Notes under the pieces: model-generated
What the model saw: only the letters and a program-made list of their open reading frames with translations
What the model was told of the DNA's origin: nothing
The model's database searches: none
Program-made: the position numbers and the translations under genes
Source: an uncultured virus (IMG/VR IMGVR_UViG_3300029787_004165)
Taxonomy: Duplodnaviria; Heunggongvirae; Uroviricota; Caudoviricetes
Direction: 5' to 3' (one strand)
DNA length: 64,000 nt
Virus record (IMG/VR): IMGVR_UViG_3300029787_004165
Shown: positions 45,907 through 55,613 of the stretch, one piece after another
Numbering within the stretch: the stretch's first letter is position 1
Layout of the letters: each line of letters opens with the position of its first letter

Positions 45907-46109
45907 TAGAACGAGCCTCCATCTATTAATCCTGCAGTAAGTGTTCCAGTAATAGTAGCTATACCAGATACATTTAGACTAGTAACTGAAGCAATTCCAC
46001 CAATAACATTTGTTGCATTATTAACAGTTAAATCAGTTCCAAGACCAGCTTGAGCAGAAATAATTTTTATTGCATTTTGTTGCCCAACTCTAACTTTAAT
46101 ATCAGCCAT
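45906..46109 (-). CDS. Small hypothetical virion protein (67 aa)
   Basis: Coupled ORF; GIASVTSLNVSGIAT and IDGGSF motifs. Confidence 0.7.
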   Translation of the reverse strand: MADIKVRVGQQNAIKIISAQAGLGTDLTVNNATNVIGGIASVTSLNVSGIATITGTLTAGLIDGGSF

Positions 46110-46447
46110 TATCGAGTTACCCCTGCTCTGACCAAAACACTACCCTCAACGACTGTTGTCTTGGTCTCTCCTATTGTAATAACTATATCATAAACATATC
46201 TACCAGCTTTTAATGCAGATGTTTGAGTGGGTGTTAGTGATATATCTATTGCACCATTAGTTGGGGCACCATTAATAGCAGTAGTAAAATCAGTCTTTGA
46301 TGAACTACTGGCATGTTTTCTAATTTGAGCAGCTGGGGTAGTACCAGTCAAATCATATGCAGAATTAGTTTCTGTTGCTTCTAAATTGAATGTTTGTGAA
46401 AAACTAGTTCCCGTATTAATTACAAGATTACTAACATATACGGCCAT
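46109..46447 (-). CDS. Hypothetical virion protein (112 aa)
   Basis: LKAGRYVYDIVI...VVEG.V.V..GVTR; late promoter upstream. Confidence 0.75.
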   Translation of the reverse strand: MAVYVSNLVINTGTSFSQTFNLEATETNSAYDLTGTTPAAQIRKHASSSSKTDFTTAINGAPTNGAIDISLTPTQTSALKAGRYVYDIVITIGETKTTVVEGSVLVRAGVTR

Positions 46448-46474
46448 CTATTTTGATATAATATCCCTACTTCT

Positions 46475-46482
46475 TATTTATA
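46475..46482 (-). promoter_or_regulatory. T4-type late promoter TATAAATA (neck gene operon)
   Basis: Exact match 28 nt upstream of the ATG at 46447. Confidence 0.85.
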
Positions 46483-46489
46483 TCGTATT

Positions 46490-46693
46490 TCAACCAGCAC
46501 TATTATCTAGTAATTTTCTAAGAAGAATTTTTAATTCATCAATATCTTCTCTCATTTGTTTTAATTCATTTTTATCATTCTTAATAGATGATAAAGTTTT
46601 TAATCTTTGATTATATTCTAAGTTATTAGAATTTATAATAGCACCAGATTTTTCATCCCGATATAAATGTGGGTGTCCTTCAACTTTTATCAT
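46490..46693 (-). CDS. Hypothetical protein (67 aa)
   Basis: KVEGHPHLYRD..SGAIIN plus coiled coil; coupled to the giant upstream gene. Confidence 0.75.
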   Translation of the reverse strand: MIKVEGHPHLYRDEKSGAIINSNNLEYNQRLKTLSSIKNDKNELKQMREDIDELKILLRKLLDNSAG

Positions 46694-49600
46694 CTAAGTG
46701 CAATAGTACGAAGTTCTTTAATTCTAACTGGATAAGCTTGATTAGTTCCAGACATAACAATTTTAATTTGATAACCAGTAAATTCTCCTAAATTATCTGC
46801 AGTAAATTCATATTCTAAAAACTGATTATCTAAACTTGCAGGAACAAAGGTATCTGGTTTACCATCATTATTAGCAGGATTTTTTACACCGTTAGCATCA
46901 AGATTATCATAACCAGGAAATAATTCAAATTCTTGTAAAATTCCAGCAGAATCTGGTTTTACCAAAGAATAAAGAACTCTGAAATCTGCAGAACCGTCTC
47001 TACATGCAGAGAGAATAACCTTTAATCCGTCTGCAGGTTTGTCTAAACTAACTAAATTAGAAACATAAATTGAACTATGTGGATCAAATAATCTAGAATT
47101 TATCCTATTATCAGTAGCATAATTTGATATTGGATTATTCATTCTATTACTTCTAAATTCAGTGAAAGATGCATCAAGATATATTATCGGTGATACATTT
47201 TCATTAGTTGTTGCGAATGTTATTGATGTAGTAAAAGATTTTTTTCTTTCAATATTACTCAAAAATTCATTTTCATTAACTGTAGAACATATAAGTCTGG
47301 GATTATGAAACTCATTTAATTGATTTAATTCAATTGATGTAAATCCATCATCTACGAATGAAATTTCATTTCCACCAACACTAGTTCCAGTAACAGTTCT
47401 AACTGATGCTGTTGCACTAGTTACATCTGATGGTGTAAACAAATCATAATCAGGAATTATTGCATCATACTGTATATTTCTTGTAGCAGTTACATCACTT
47501 CCACCAAAAAATCCTCTATCATCAAATGTAAGAGTAAGATCTAATGGAGATGCATCATCAGCACTTCTATTTGTACCATAATTTGTGTCTGCAACATCTA
47601 ATTGAACATTATAAATATCTAATTCAGTATCAATAGGTGATATTGTATGAGTCCTATTTATTCTTCTAAGAGATACTCCATTAAGTTCATATTTTTCTAC
47701 AGTTGATTTTTTACCATGAGCAGTTGGCTTTGTTCCACCTTCAACTCCCCTTACAATAGTTCCACTTAGAACTCCAATTCCAACCGAAGTATAACTAATA
47801 ATTTCTTTACCTCCAATCAGTACATATCCTGGATTATTACCACTCACGGGAAGACCCTCAAAGGTAGATAAATTTGGACTGATTGTTGAAGCAACACTGA
47901 TAGCACTTGTTGAAGTAGAACTATATTCATTTGGAAGAGAAGTTACCTCTAGATTAGTTTTAACATTTTTCAAAACTAATTTATTATTGAAAGAATGCAT
48001 TCCATGATCAAATTGATTTACTCTAAAATATTGTCCTGTATTAGAAGAACCATCTACAACTAAATCTGTCAATAATACTATGCTTGTTCCTGTAGTTGAT
48101 GTTTGACCATCATTAAAATATTTAAGAGTAGCACCTTCAGTAAAGGTTGATCCTTTTATATTTGAGAGATATAATGTATCAAGACCTGTAATTCCACTAA
48201 CAACAATTTGAGCATCTCTACCCTGTTTATTTTGAGCTTCTGCAGTCACAATACCAACCACATCTCCCGTGGTGTATCCACTTCCAACATTCGCTGTATT
48301 TGGTAAAATACCAGTAATAATTCCCTCAGAATTAGCAGTAATATCTACCTTCAATCCTCTACCTTGACCAACAATATTATATGTACCTACATTACTTTTT
48401 GTTACATAATTAACCCCACCAGTACCAATTCCAAGAGTGGCAACAGAAGATCCAGTTCCTACAATAACTCCAGTTATGTTATCATTTCCTGTACCTGCTA
48501 TTTTTCTTCCTCTAGAATAAGAACTAATTCCAACAGAATCATATACTGTAGTAATCCCCAAATAACCAGTTTTTGGAAATGTAACTATAGGATTGCTACC
48601 AAGAGTTGTAATATAACCATTACTAGTATCTAATGATGGATTTGCAAAAACTGCATTTCCAGGAGTGGTTGAAAATTTTGCCTTATAAAGTTTAAATTTT
48701 AAATCTTCTAATTGTTCAGCAGTCCAAATAGAACCATTTTGAGATTTGAATAAACTACCCAAGGCCCATTGTTGGCCATATGTAATTTTTTGAACATCAG
48801 GAAGATTTTGAGATTCTACCGTTTCCTCACCCATTCTTGCAACCCAAACTTCATATTCATTAGATGATGGTGCAAGAAGAACTAATGCATATTCTTGTCC
48901 AGGTGATAGATAAATTGGTTCTGGAAATTTGAAATTAGTTGCAATCTCTCCTGTATCAGAAGTTGTAATATTACTAGGATCTAATGTTACTGAATTTCCA
49001 ATAACATTTAGAGTAGGAGTTCCCAATTGAACAGTACGAATTTGAAGAGTTACTGGAGAACTTCCACTATCTTTTTTCGCAAAGTATACATCAACTGAGG
49101 TTACATATACTCCATTTTCATCATCATTTAATCCTATATCACGAGATGGAGCTTCTACATTACCAGCAACACTAAATGATTGTGCTAAAGGATCTTTTCT
49201 TGGTGTAGGTCTGTTTCTTCTACTACTTCTTCTTCTAAACCTTTCGGTGGTAAGATTTGTAGTAATATTTGTTGTTTGTAACTGTCTCTCCTCAAATGTA
49301 CCAACAGCTTCATAATCTGTTTGTCCAGAAGAAATTAATTTACTACCTCTCAATGGAGTTGCATCAGTAGGACTGCTTGTAATTCTATATGTTTTTCTAC
49401 CAGTATCTATTACAACACTTGGTTGCGGATCTGTATTTGGATCTCTCAAAAAGAAACATCCTTGCAAACTACCAGCTTCATCAGTAATTAATCTTAAATC
49501 TTTTACAAATGCAGTTGCATTACTTTTTTGACCAATTAATAATGTACCTTTCGTAACATATCCACTATATAAACCTTGTTGTTCACTTGCTAGAGAAAAA

Positions 49601-52600
49601 GTATCGACATTTAATATCTTAGATGAAGTTGTATATGTATCTTGTAAAGTTTCATCAGGTAGATATGGATTTTCTCTATATGTTGCGGACGGATTATTAT
49701 ATTCACCAATTTTATGATTGGATTTAGCAACTCTAAATTTAATTATTTCTTTACCATTTACTTCGGCATCATATCCTATAACAGTTTCACCAACCTCAAA
49801 AGGACTTAAAGAAGAATTGGAACCATAAGTTGTTAACGAACTATCTGGTGATATTTCCAGTAACTTAGGAATAAAATCTACATCCCCATTACCATCAAGG
49901 AATTGATAATGTTTAGTCCCAGCTCTTAAATCTACAGCTGTAAATTGTGTATTTCTAGATCTCATGTAGATATCATCACCAGAACTAATAACTACATCAT
50001 TACTTACAGTAGTAAAAATAGTTTCTGTTGTACGACTTACAAGTCTTCTGTTACCACTAGTAACACCTGTTTGGACAGTTTCATCACGAACTTCTTCAAT
50101 AACTAATTCATCTAATCTAATCGTTCTTGACCAAGTATCTTCTCGTGGTTCCAATTGAATATTTCCAACATATTCAACCACATTAAATGGATTAATATTT
50201 TCAACCCTAGTTGCATATGTTTGTGAAATCCAGTTAGTTTCTTCATATTTTAGTGTTACACAATTTCCTGTTTTTTGAACATTAGAATCTAACAGTTCAT
50301 AATTTGTACTAAGATCTATTTCTTCATCAATTATATTTGAAGCTGGTAAAAGTTGATTTGTTAAACTATTTCTAGAAATAATAGGTCTCATTTCATTAGA
50401 TAAACTATCAACTTCTATAGATGATATATCAACATCAATGAAATCAATTGTTCTAAAGTTATCAACAAAAAATCCACTTTTAAACCTATCTCTACCAGAT
50501 GAATCTTGAATTGATAATGCTTCAGTGCTTACTTCAAGTAAACTTAGTGTTGTAACTGTTTCTAAATTTTCTATCCTATCCTCAAGAACTCCAATATCCC
50601 TCATAGTATATCGTTTATTATCAATTAAGGTAATCCTGGCATTACGAGGATTATAAAGATATGGTGGTAAAGTGATAGTAGCTAATTCCATTAAATCAGT
50701 ATTAACTAATGGAGCTTTTGGTGAAGTAGAAGATTGTCCTTTTTGTACTGAAACTATTCCATATTGACTTAAATATATTTTATCAATTCTTCCTAGATAA
50801 TACTCATATCCAAATATAGAATTTTCATTTGGAGATAATAAGTAATTTGGTTTTTGACTAAATCCAGTAGTTCTAGATGCAAAATCAAAAGGTGATTTAT
50901 CAATAGTGCTTCCAAAATCAGAAACTCTAGGTCTAAAATCAAGTGTATCTGTTGCTCTTACTCTATTGGTTCCGATTTTTGGTATATCATTGGTATATCT
51001 ATTTTTATCATAACTTAATACAGTAAATACATCTCCACTATCATCAGTAGGAATTGTATACTTATCAAATACAACCATTAATTTTTTAGTCGGTACAGAT
51101 GCATTAACTTTTCTAACTATTCTAGAATAATCATAATACTCATCTCGTTGCCCTTTATCTAAAACATATGATTTTGAAATATCCTGATAACTACCATCTT
51201 CAATGTTTTCAATAGTGGATGTAATATTAGATTCTTCAAATACAATAGTTTCATCTACATCAAATTTTCTATCATTTAAATATATAAATCCTAATTTATT
51301 ACTACCTCCAGATGAAGGTGATGAATTATTGTTAGTAACAATTCTTGCAATAGCTTTAGATGTTTGCCCAATTACATTTTCTCCTAAAATTGCATTAGAT
51401 AGTACGTTAGCAGTTGAAGGGAATGAAAGAATATCAAAAGTTGGAGCAGCAGTAGTTTTAGATTCATAAACTGCTAAAACTTTAACTACATCTGGAACAT
51501 TTAAAGAAATAATTTCATCTTGAACTCTTAAACCAAATGCCTTTTCATTAAAAGTCAATCCATCTGCAAGAGTAGATGAAACAGTGGTTCCAGATTCTGG
51601 ATTATAAGATTTGTCTATGTTGAGTATTAGACTTCTTTCATAATTTTTAATTTTACTTTGAATACCCTGTTTTGAAGCTGTTATATTGATAACTGAATCA
51701 TCATTTGAATTTTCTAACCCATTAAAAGTAACTGTTCCACCACCAGAACTTTTAACAAAAGTATCTGAGGTTACTGTACCAATTCCAGCACCTGACCCAC
51801 CATAAAATACAGAATATCTTCCTATTGCAAAAGAATCAAAAAATGCTGATGAAATTCCAGTTCCACCACCATCTTTAATATCACTAGTATTGATAGTAAT
51901 AGCATTACTACTAACATCCTTATCCACAACTTGAGCAGTCACTGATAAAGATGAAGAACTAAAATCAACCGATGATATATTTTGATTTGGTAATTCTGTA
52001 TATAAAGTTCCTCCTCCTGATATATTAGGAGCTCCTATTTTGATGCTTGAATAAGTTGCATCCGCAACATCTTTATCAAAAACACCACTAACATCAGCAG
52101 AAGCTGCTGCAGCAATGGTTAATGTTGTTCCATCAGCACTAACTGCTGTTACTTTATTAAAAGTTTCATCATTAAGTCCAGCAACCTGATACCTAATAAT
52201 AGTACCAATTGGTATCTCGGTAAATACATTTCCTGGACTTTTTAGTGTATTACCACCACTAATTGTTCCCCCCTCTACATTATTTGGTAAGTCAAATGTT
52301 TCTAAAAAACTATTTGCTTTAAAATCTCGCACATGATCTGATGAAGCAGAGGCAAGTTGCTTTACTGATTTAATTTCTCTAGAACCATAAACTTTAGTAT
52401 CCGTAATAGTTTTTTTACCAGCTGGATTAAAACTGTTACCATTTATAGAAATTTCCTCACCTTTAATAAAAGTTCCCGATGTTTGTCTTAATTTATATGC
52501 AGTGCTTCCATCAGAATTACTAGTCATATAACCAGTTGCACCACTACTTAACCCCTTTACATAAGCAGAAGCATAGAAATCACCAGTAGCTGCTGCAGGT

Positions 52601-53994
52601 ATTATTGTAATTTCAGTATAAGTTTGTATATCATATAGATATAGATCCCATTTTGTAGAATCTCCAGTATAAATTGAATCTGATAAATTTATTGAATATA
52701 ATCTTGCATCTCCAATCTGTGTTCCAGTAGAACCTAATGTGTCATATAGTTGTACAGTATTTCTCGTTTGTGGTTGCCCACTAACAGTATTAACTTTCAA
52801 AAGACTTCCCATTCTAAAATCAATATTTGTTGAGTCTACTTTTTCAACATCTCTTGGTTTTTCAACATCTATAATATTATTAATACCAGAATTTACAACA
52901 TCATAACCATTAACATAAGCTTTACCAGTAGAAACTGTAACACACATCAAATCATCTGAAGGATCATTTCCTTTTTGTGTTTTTTGATTACTATAAAATA
53001 TTCCATTGGATCCCAATCTATCATTTAAAGAATTATTAATTGATACATTAAATTCATCAACCGCATAATTTCCAGATTCATCACTAGTTCTTTCTGCAAA
53101 ATAATCCCTAATTTTATTATATTGAGTTTTTGGTTCGATTAATAATGTTTCTCCATTATCAATTCTTAATATTTCAACAAAATCAATATCATTAGTATCA
53201 TCTAATAATTTTTTAGTAAGAGTTAATCCAATTTTAAATCTATCAGCACCAGGTGCAGCAAAATTTGAGAAACCTTTAGCATTATCATATAATGATTCAT
53301 CATCTTTTGAAGCGATAATATCTTCATTAATACCTAAACCAACTCTATATGATGGACTATTTGTATAATGATCTAATATTATGGTTTGTTTATCTACATT
53401 TACAAAATTTCCTCTTATAAAATATACACCACTTTCTATAGATGCAGAAGAACCTATTGCTGTAGCATCTAAAGGTATTAAAGTTACTACAGGAGATCCT
53501 GCAGTTATGGTAGTATTTCCATATACAATATTTTCTTTTACTATTAATGATTCACCATCTATAAAGGTATCAGTTACAAAATCATTTTTACTGGAAGTAA
53601 TATATTTTACATATAATGTTAAATCTTCTACAATATTACCATCAGGTAAAGCAACAAGTTCTACTTTGGCTTTTATACCAGAAATTTCACCTTCTACAGT
53701 TTTTCCAACAAGTTGATCTACATATAAAGATATATCAATACCAAATTGAGAAGAATTTAATTTTACTGCAGTGTAATTAGAATCATACGTAGGCCCTCCT
53801 CCAGTGACTAAAGAACCCTCATCAAACATATGACTACCAAAATTACCTATTTGAGTTTGTAAAATAGACTGTAGAGTAGTTAATTCTCTAGCTTGAACTG
53901 GAAATCCTGGTTTAAAAAGAACTTTATAAAAATTCTTAGATGGATCAAAATCATCATAATAAGGACTAATATTTAAATCTTTTTTCTGTGTCAT
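46690..53994 (-). CDS. Large virion structural protein (VrlC / DUF4815-like, 2434 aa)
   Basis: PYYDDFD..KNFYKVLFKPG.PVQARELTTLQS, APGADR, RYTMRDIG, RFKSGFFVDNF, DPLAQSF, GSLFKSQNG. Confidence 0.88.
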   Translation of the reverse strand: MTQKKDLNISPYYDDFDPSKNFYKVLFKPGFPVQARELTTLQSILQTQIGNFGSHMFDEGSLVTGGGPTYDSNYTAVKLNSSQFGIDISLYVDQLVGKTVEGEISGIKAKVELVALPDGNIVEDLTLYVKYITSSKNDFVTDTFIDGESLIVKENIVYGNTTITAGSPVVTLIPLDATAIGSSASIESGVYFIRGNFVNVDKQTIILDHYTNSPSYRVGLGINEDIIASKDDESLYDNAKGFSNFAAPGADRFKIGLTLTKKLLDDTNDIDFVEILRIDNGETLLIEPKTQYNKIRDYFAERTSDESGNYAVDEFNVSINNSLNDRLGSNGIFYSNQKTQKGNDPSDDLMCVTVSTGKAYVNGYDVVNSGINNIIDVEKPRDVEKVDSTNIDFRMGSLLKVNTVSGQPQTRNTVQLYDTLGSTGTQIGDARLYSINLSDSIYTGDSTKWDLYLYDIQTYTEITIIPAAATGDFYASAYVKGLSSGATGYMTSNSDGSTAYKLRQTSGTFIKGEEISINGNSFNPAGKKTITDTKVYGSREIKSVKQLASASSDHVRDFKANSFLETFDLPNNVEGGTISGGNTLKSPGNVFTEIPIGTIIRYQVAGLNDETFNKVTAVSADGTTLTIAAAASADVSGVFDKDVADATYSSIKIGAPNISGGGTLYTELPNQNISSVDFSSSSLSVTAQVVDKDVSSNAITINTSDIKDGGGTGISSAFFDSFAIGRYSVFYGGSGAGIGTVTSDTFVKSSGGGTVTFNGLENSNDDSVINITASKQGIQSKIKNYERSLILNIDKSYNPESGTTVSSTLADGLTFNEKAFGLRVQDEIISLNVPDVVKVLAVYESKTTAAPTFDILSFPSTANVLSNAILGENVIGQTSKAIARIVTNNNSSPSSGGSNKLGFIYLNDRKFDVDETIVFEESNITSTIENIEDGSYQDISKSYVLDKGQRDEYYDYSRIVRKVNASVPTKKLMVVFDKYTIPTDDSGDVFTVLSYDKNRYTNDIPKIGTNRVRATDTLDFRPRVSDFGSTIDKSPFDFASRTTGFSQKPNYLLSPNENSIFGYEYYLGRIDKIYLSQYGIVSVQKGQSSTSPKAPLVNTDLMELATITLPPYLYNPRNARITLIDNKRYTMRDIGVLEDRIENLETVTTLSLLEVSTEALSIQDSSGRDRFKSGFFVDNFRTIDFIDVDISSIEVDSLSNEMRPIISRNSLTNQLLPASNIIDEEIDLSTNYELLDSNVQKTGNCVTLKYEETNWISQTYATRVENINPFNVVEYVGNIQLEPREDTWSRTIRLDELVIEEVRDETVQTGVTSGNRRLVSRTTETIFTTVSNDVVISSGDDIYMRSRNTQFTAVDLRAGTKHYQFLDGNGDVDFIPKLLEISPDSSLTTYGSNSSLSPFEVGETVIGYDAEVNGKEIIKFRVAKSNHKIGEYNNPSATYRENPYLPDETLQDTYTTSSKILNVDTFSLASEQQGLYSGYVTKGTLLIGQKSNATAFVKDLRLITDEAGSLQGCFFLRDPNTDPQPSVVIDTGRKTYRITSSPTDATPLRGSKLISSGQTDYEAVGTFEERQLQTTNITTNLTTERFRRRSSRRNRPTPRKDPLAQSFSVAGNVEAPSRDIGLNDDENGVYVTSVDVYFAKKDSGSSPVTLQIRTVQLGTPTLNVIGNSVTLDPSNITTSDTGEIATNFKFPEPIYLSPGQEYALVLLAPSSNEYEVWVARMGEETVESQNLPDVQKITYGQQWALGSLFKSQNGSIWTAEQLEDLKFKLYKAKFSTTPGNAVFANPSLDTSNGYITTLGSNPIVTFPKTGYLGITTVYDSVGISSYSRGRKIAGTGNDNITGVIVGTGSSVATLGIGTGGVNYVTKSNVGTYNIVGQGRGLKVDITANSEGIITGILPNTANVGSGYTTGDVVGIVTAEAQNKQGRDAQIVVSGITGLDTLYLSNIKGSTFTEGATLKYFNDGQTSTTGTSIVLLTDLVVDGSSNTGQYFRVNQFDHGMHSFNNKLVLKNVKTNLEVTSLPNEYSSTSTSAISVASTISPNLSTFEGLPVSGNNPGYVLIGGKEIISYTSVGIGVLSGTIVRGVEGGTKPTAHGKKSTVEKYELNGVSLRRINRTHTISPIDTELDIYNVQLDVADTNYGTNRSADDASPLDLTLTFDDRGFFGGSDVTATRNIQYDAIIPDYDLFTPSDVTSATASVRTVTGTSVGGNEISFVDDGFTSIELNQLNEFHNPRLICSTVNENEFLSNIERKKSFTTSITFATTNENVSPIIYLDASFTEFRSNRMNNPISNYATDNRINSRLFDPHSSIYVSNLVSLDKPADGLKVILSACRDGSADFRVLYSLVKPDSAGILQEFELFPGYDNLDANGVKNPANNDGKPDTFVPASLDNQFLEYEFTADNLGEFTGYQIKIVMSGTNQAYPVRIKELRTIALR

Positions 53995-54000
53995 GTTACT

Positions 54001-55581
54001 TTAGAATTCCAGAATAATTTTAACGTCTTCTTTTTGTTTACCATCTCGTGTCACTAATCTTCGATTATCAATGTAAATTATGTCACCAGTATTTCTATTT
54101 ATCTCTGGATTTGCAAGACCTTCAGTAAAATTAATTCCCAAATCAATCTCTTTAGATCCAATAGTTAATGTACTACCACTAAAAGAAGCATCAACAGAAG
54201 TAGTATTATTAGAAAGCACAACACTATTAGCGTCTGATCCATCACTTTTTTTAGATTCAATTGATAAAATAGATCCAACAGTACCTAAACCAACATAATC
54301 AGTATGATCCATATTTGTTTGATTAAAATATAAAGATCTATCTTGATAATATTTTAATACGTTTGTTTCACTATCATATGAAGCTAGATATCCTTTTGCT
54401 GTTCCAGTAATTTGTTCTTGTGATATAGTGCTTCCAATACTAACATTTGATAAAGTACTATTAACTTTTACTGAAAATAAAGAAGAATATTGACTACCTG
54501 TAAAAATTACATCTTGAGAAGTAAATGATGTTGGATTTTTTATAATACCAACTTGTGAAAATTTTGTATCAATAGGAAAATCTTTTGTAGAGTCATCAAA
54601 TCTAGCGTAAATTAAAACTCTGTCAGCACCTAATTCTTTATAGATATCATACCCATGTCCTCTAGATGGTGGAATAATTGGTATTAATTTTGCAGCTTTA
54701 TTTGGGTTTGAATCAAGATCAGTAGGTTGTAAAGTTGATAAATCAATCATTCCGTAACTATATCCGCTACCACCAGCAGTAACAGTGGCATCTGTTATTA
54801 CTCCATCAGTAATTTCGAGAGATACCTTTGCACCACTACCATCTCCAACTATATTAACAATTGGTGTACCATCATTATCGTTATTATATCCAATACCACC
54901 ATTTTCAATATAAACTTTTTTAATTTGATTAAAATTAATGGTAGAATCACCAGCTTCTCTTACATTTTGAATTTGTGTATCTGTAGAAGTTTCCCAATCA
55001 TTAGGTACAACAATATACTCAGTAGAATCAAATTTTATAACATCACTAGGAGATATTGAAAAGAGATATTTCCAAATATATCCATCACCACTATTACCAG
55101 CAGCAGTTGGTTCTAAATCTGTAAAAGTAGGTTCATCCTTAGATGTACCACCTTTAGGAAAAGATCCCGAAGATCCATTATCCAAACAAATATAAACATT
55201 AAAATCACTATTGACAACAAAATATTGAGAATCGTATAATCTAGCAGTTGATGAATTTGGTGTCAAATTTGTAGCACTATAATCGTGCCTATACATATCA
55301 TATCGAGTGTTAGAAGTCCATGTTACTTTTGGTACAACTCTTCTAATATTTTTACCATTAATTTTTTTACCAAATAAAGATGTATCTTTATAATGTGATA
55401 GATATTGAAAATTATCTTTTGGATTTTCTGGCCATGATAAATTCCTTCCAAATCCAGGATTTGGAGTGCTAGGATTTGAAAGACCTAAAAAAACGTAATA
55501 AGAATTATTAGTATCTAATACAGAATCTACAAAATTAGCAGCGTTTGATATTCTAAATTGATCTGTTACGACAGCAGACAT
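54001..55581 (-). CDS. gp8: Baseplate wedge subunit (T4 gp8-like)
   Basis: YDMYRHDY, VYICLDNG, DGYIWKYLF, GDIIYIDNR...QKEDVKIILEF. Confidence 0.9.
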   Translation of the reverse strand: MSAVVTDQFRISNAANFVDSVLDTNNSYYVFLGLSNPSTPNPGFGRNLSWPENPKDNFQYLSHYKDTSLFGKKINGKNIRRVVPKVTWTSNTRYDMYRHDYSATNLTPNSSTARLYDSQYFVVNSDFNVYICLDNGSSGSFPKGGTSKDEPTFTDLEPTAAGNSGDGYIWKYLFSISPSDVIKFDSTEYIVVPNDWETSTDTQIQNVREAGDSTINFNQIKKVYIENGGIGYNNDNDGTPIVNIVGDGSGAKVSLEITDGVITDATVTAGGSGYSYGMIDLSTLQPTDLDSNPNKAAKLIPIIPPSRGHGYDIYKELGADRVLIYARFDDSTKDFPIDTKFSQVGIIKNPTSFTSQDVIFTGSQYSSLFSVKVNSTLSNVSIGSTISQEQITGTAKGYLASYDSETNVLKYYQDRSLYFNQTNMDHTDYVGLGTVGSILSIESKKSDGSDANSVVLSNNTTSVDASFSGSTLTIGSKEIDLGINFTEGLANPEINRNTGDIIYIDNRRLVTRDGKQKEDVKIILEF

Positions 55582-55598
55582 ATTAATACTTTTTTAGA

Positions 55599-55606
55599 TA
55601 TTTATA
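55599..55606 (-). promoter_or_regulatory. T4-type late promoter TATAAATA (gp8)
   Basis: Exact match 18 nt upstream of the gp8 ATG. Confidence 0.85.
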
Positions 55607-55613
55607 ACATTAA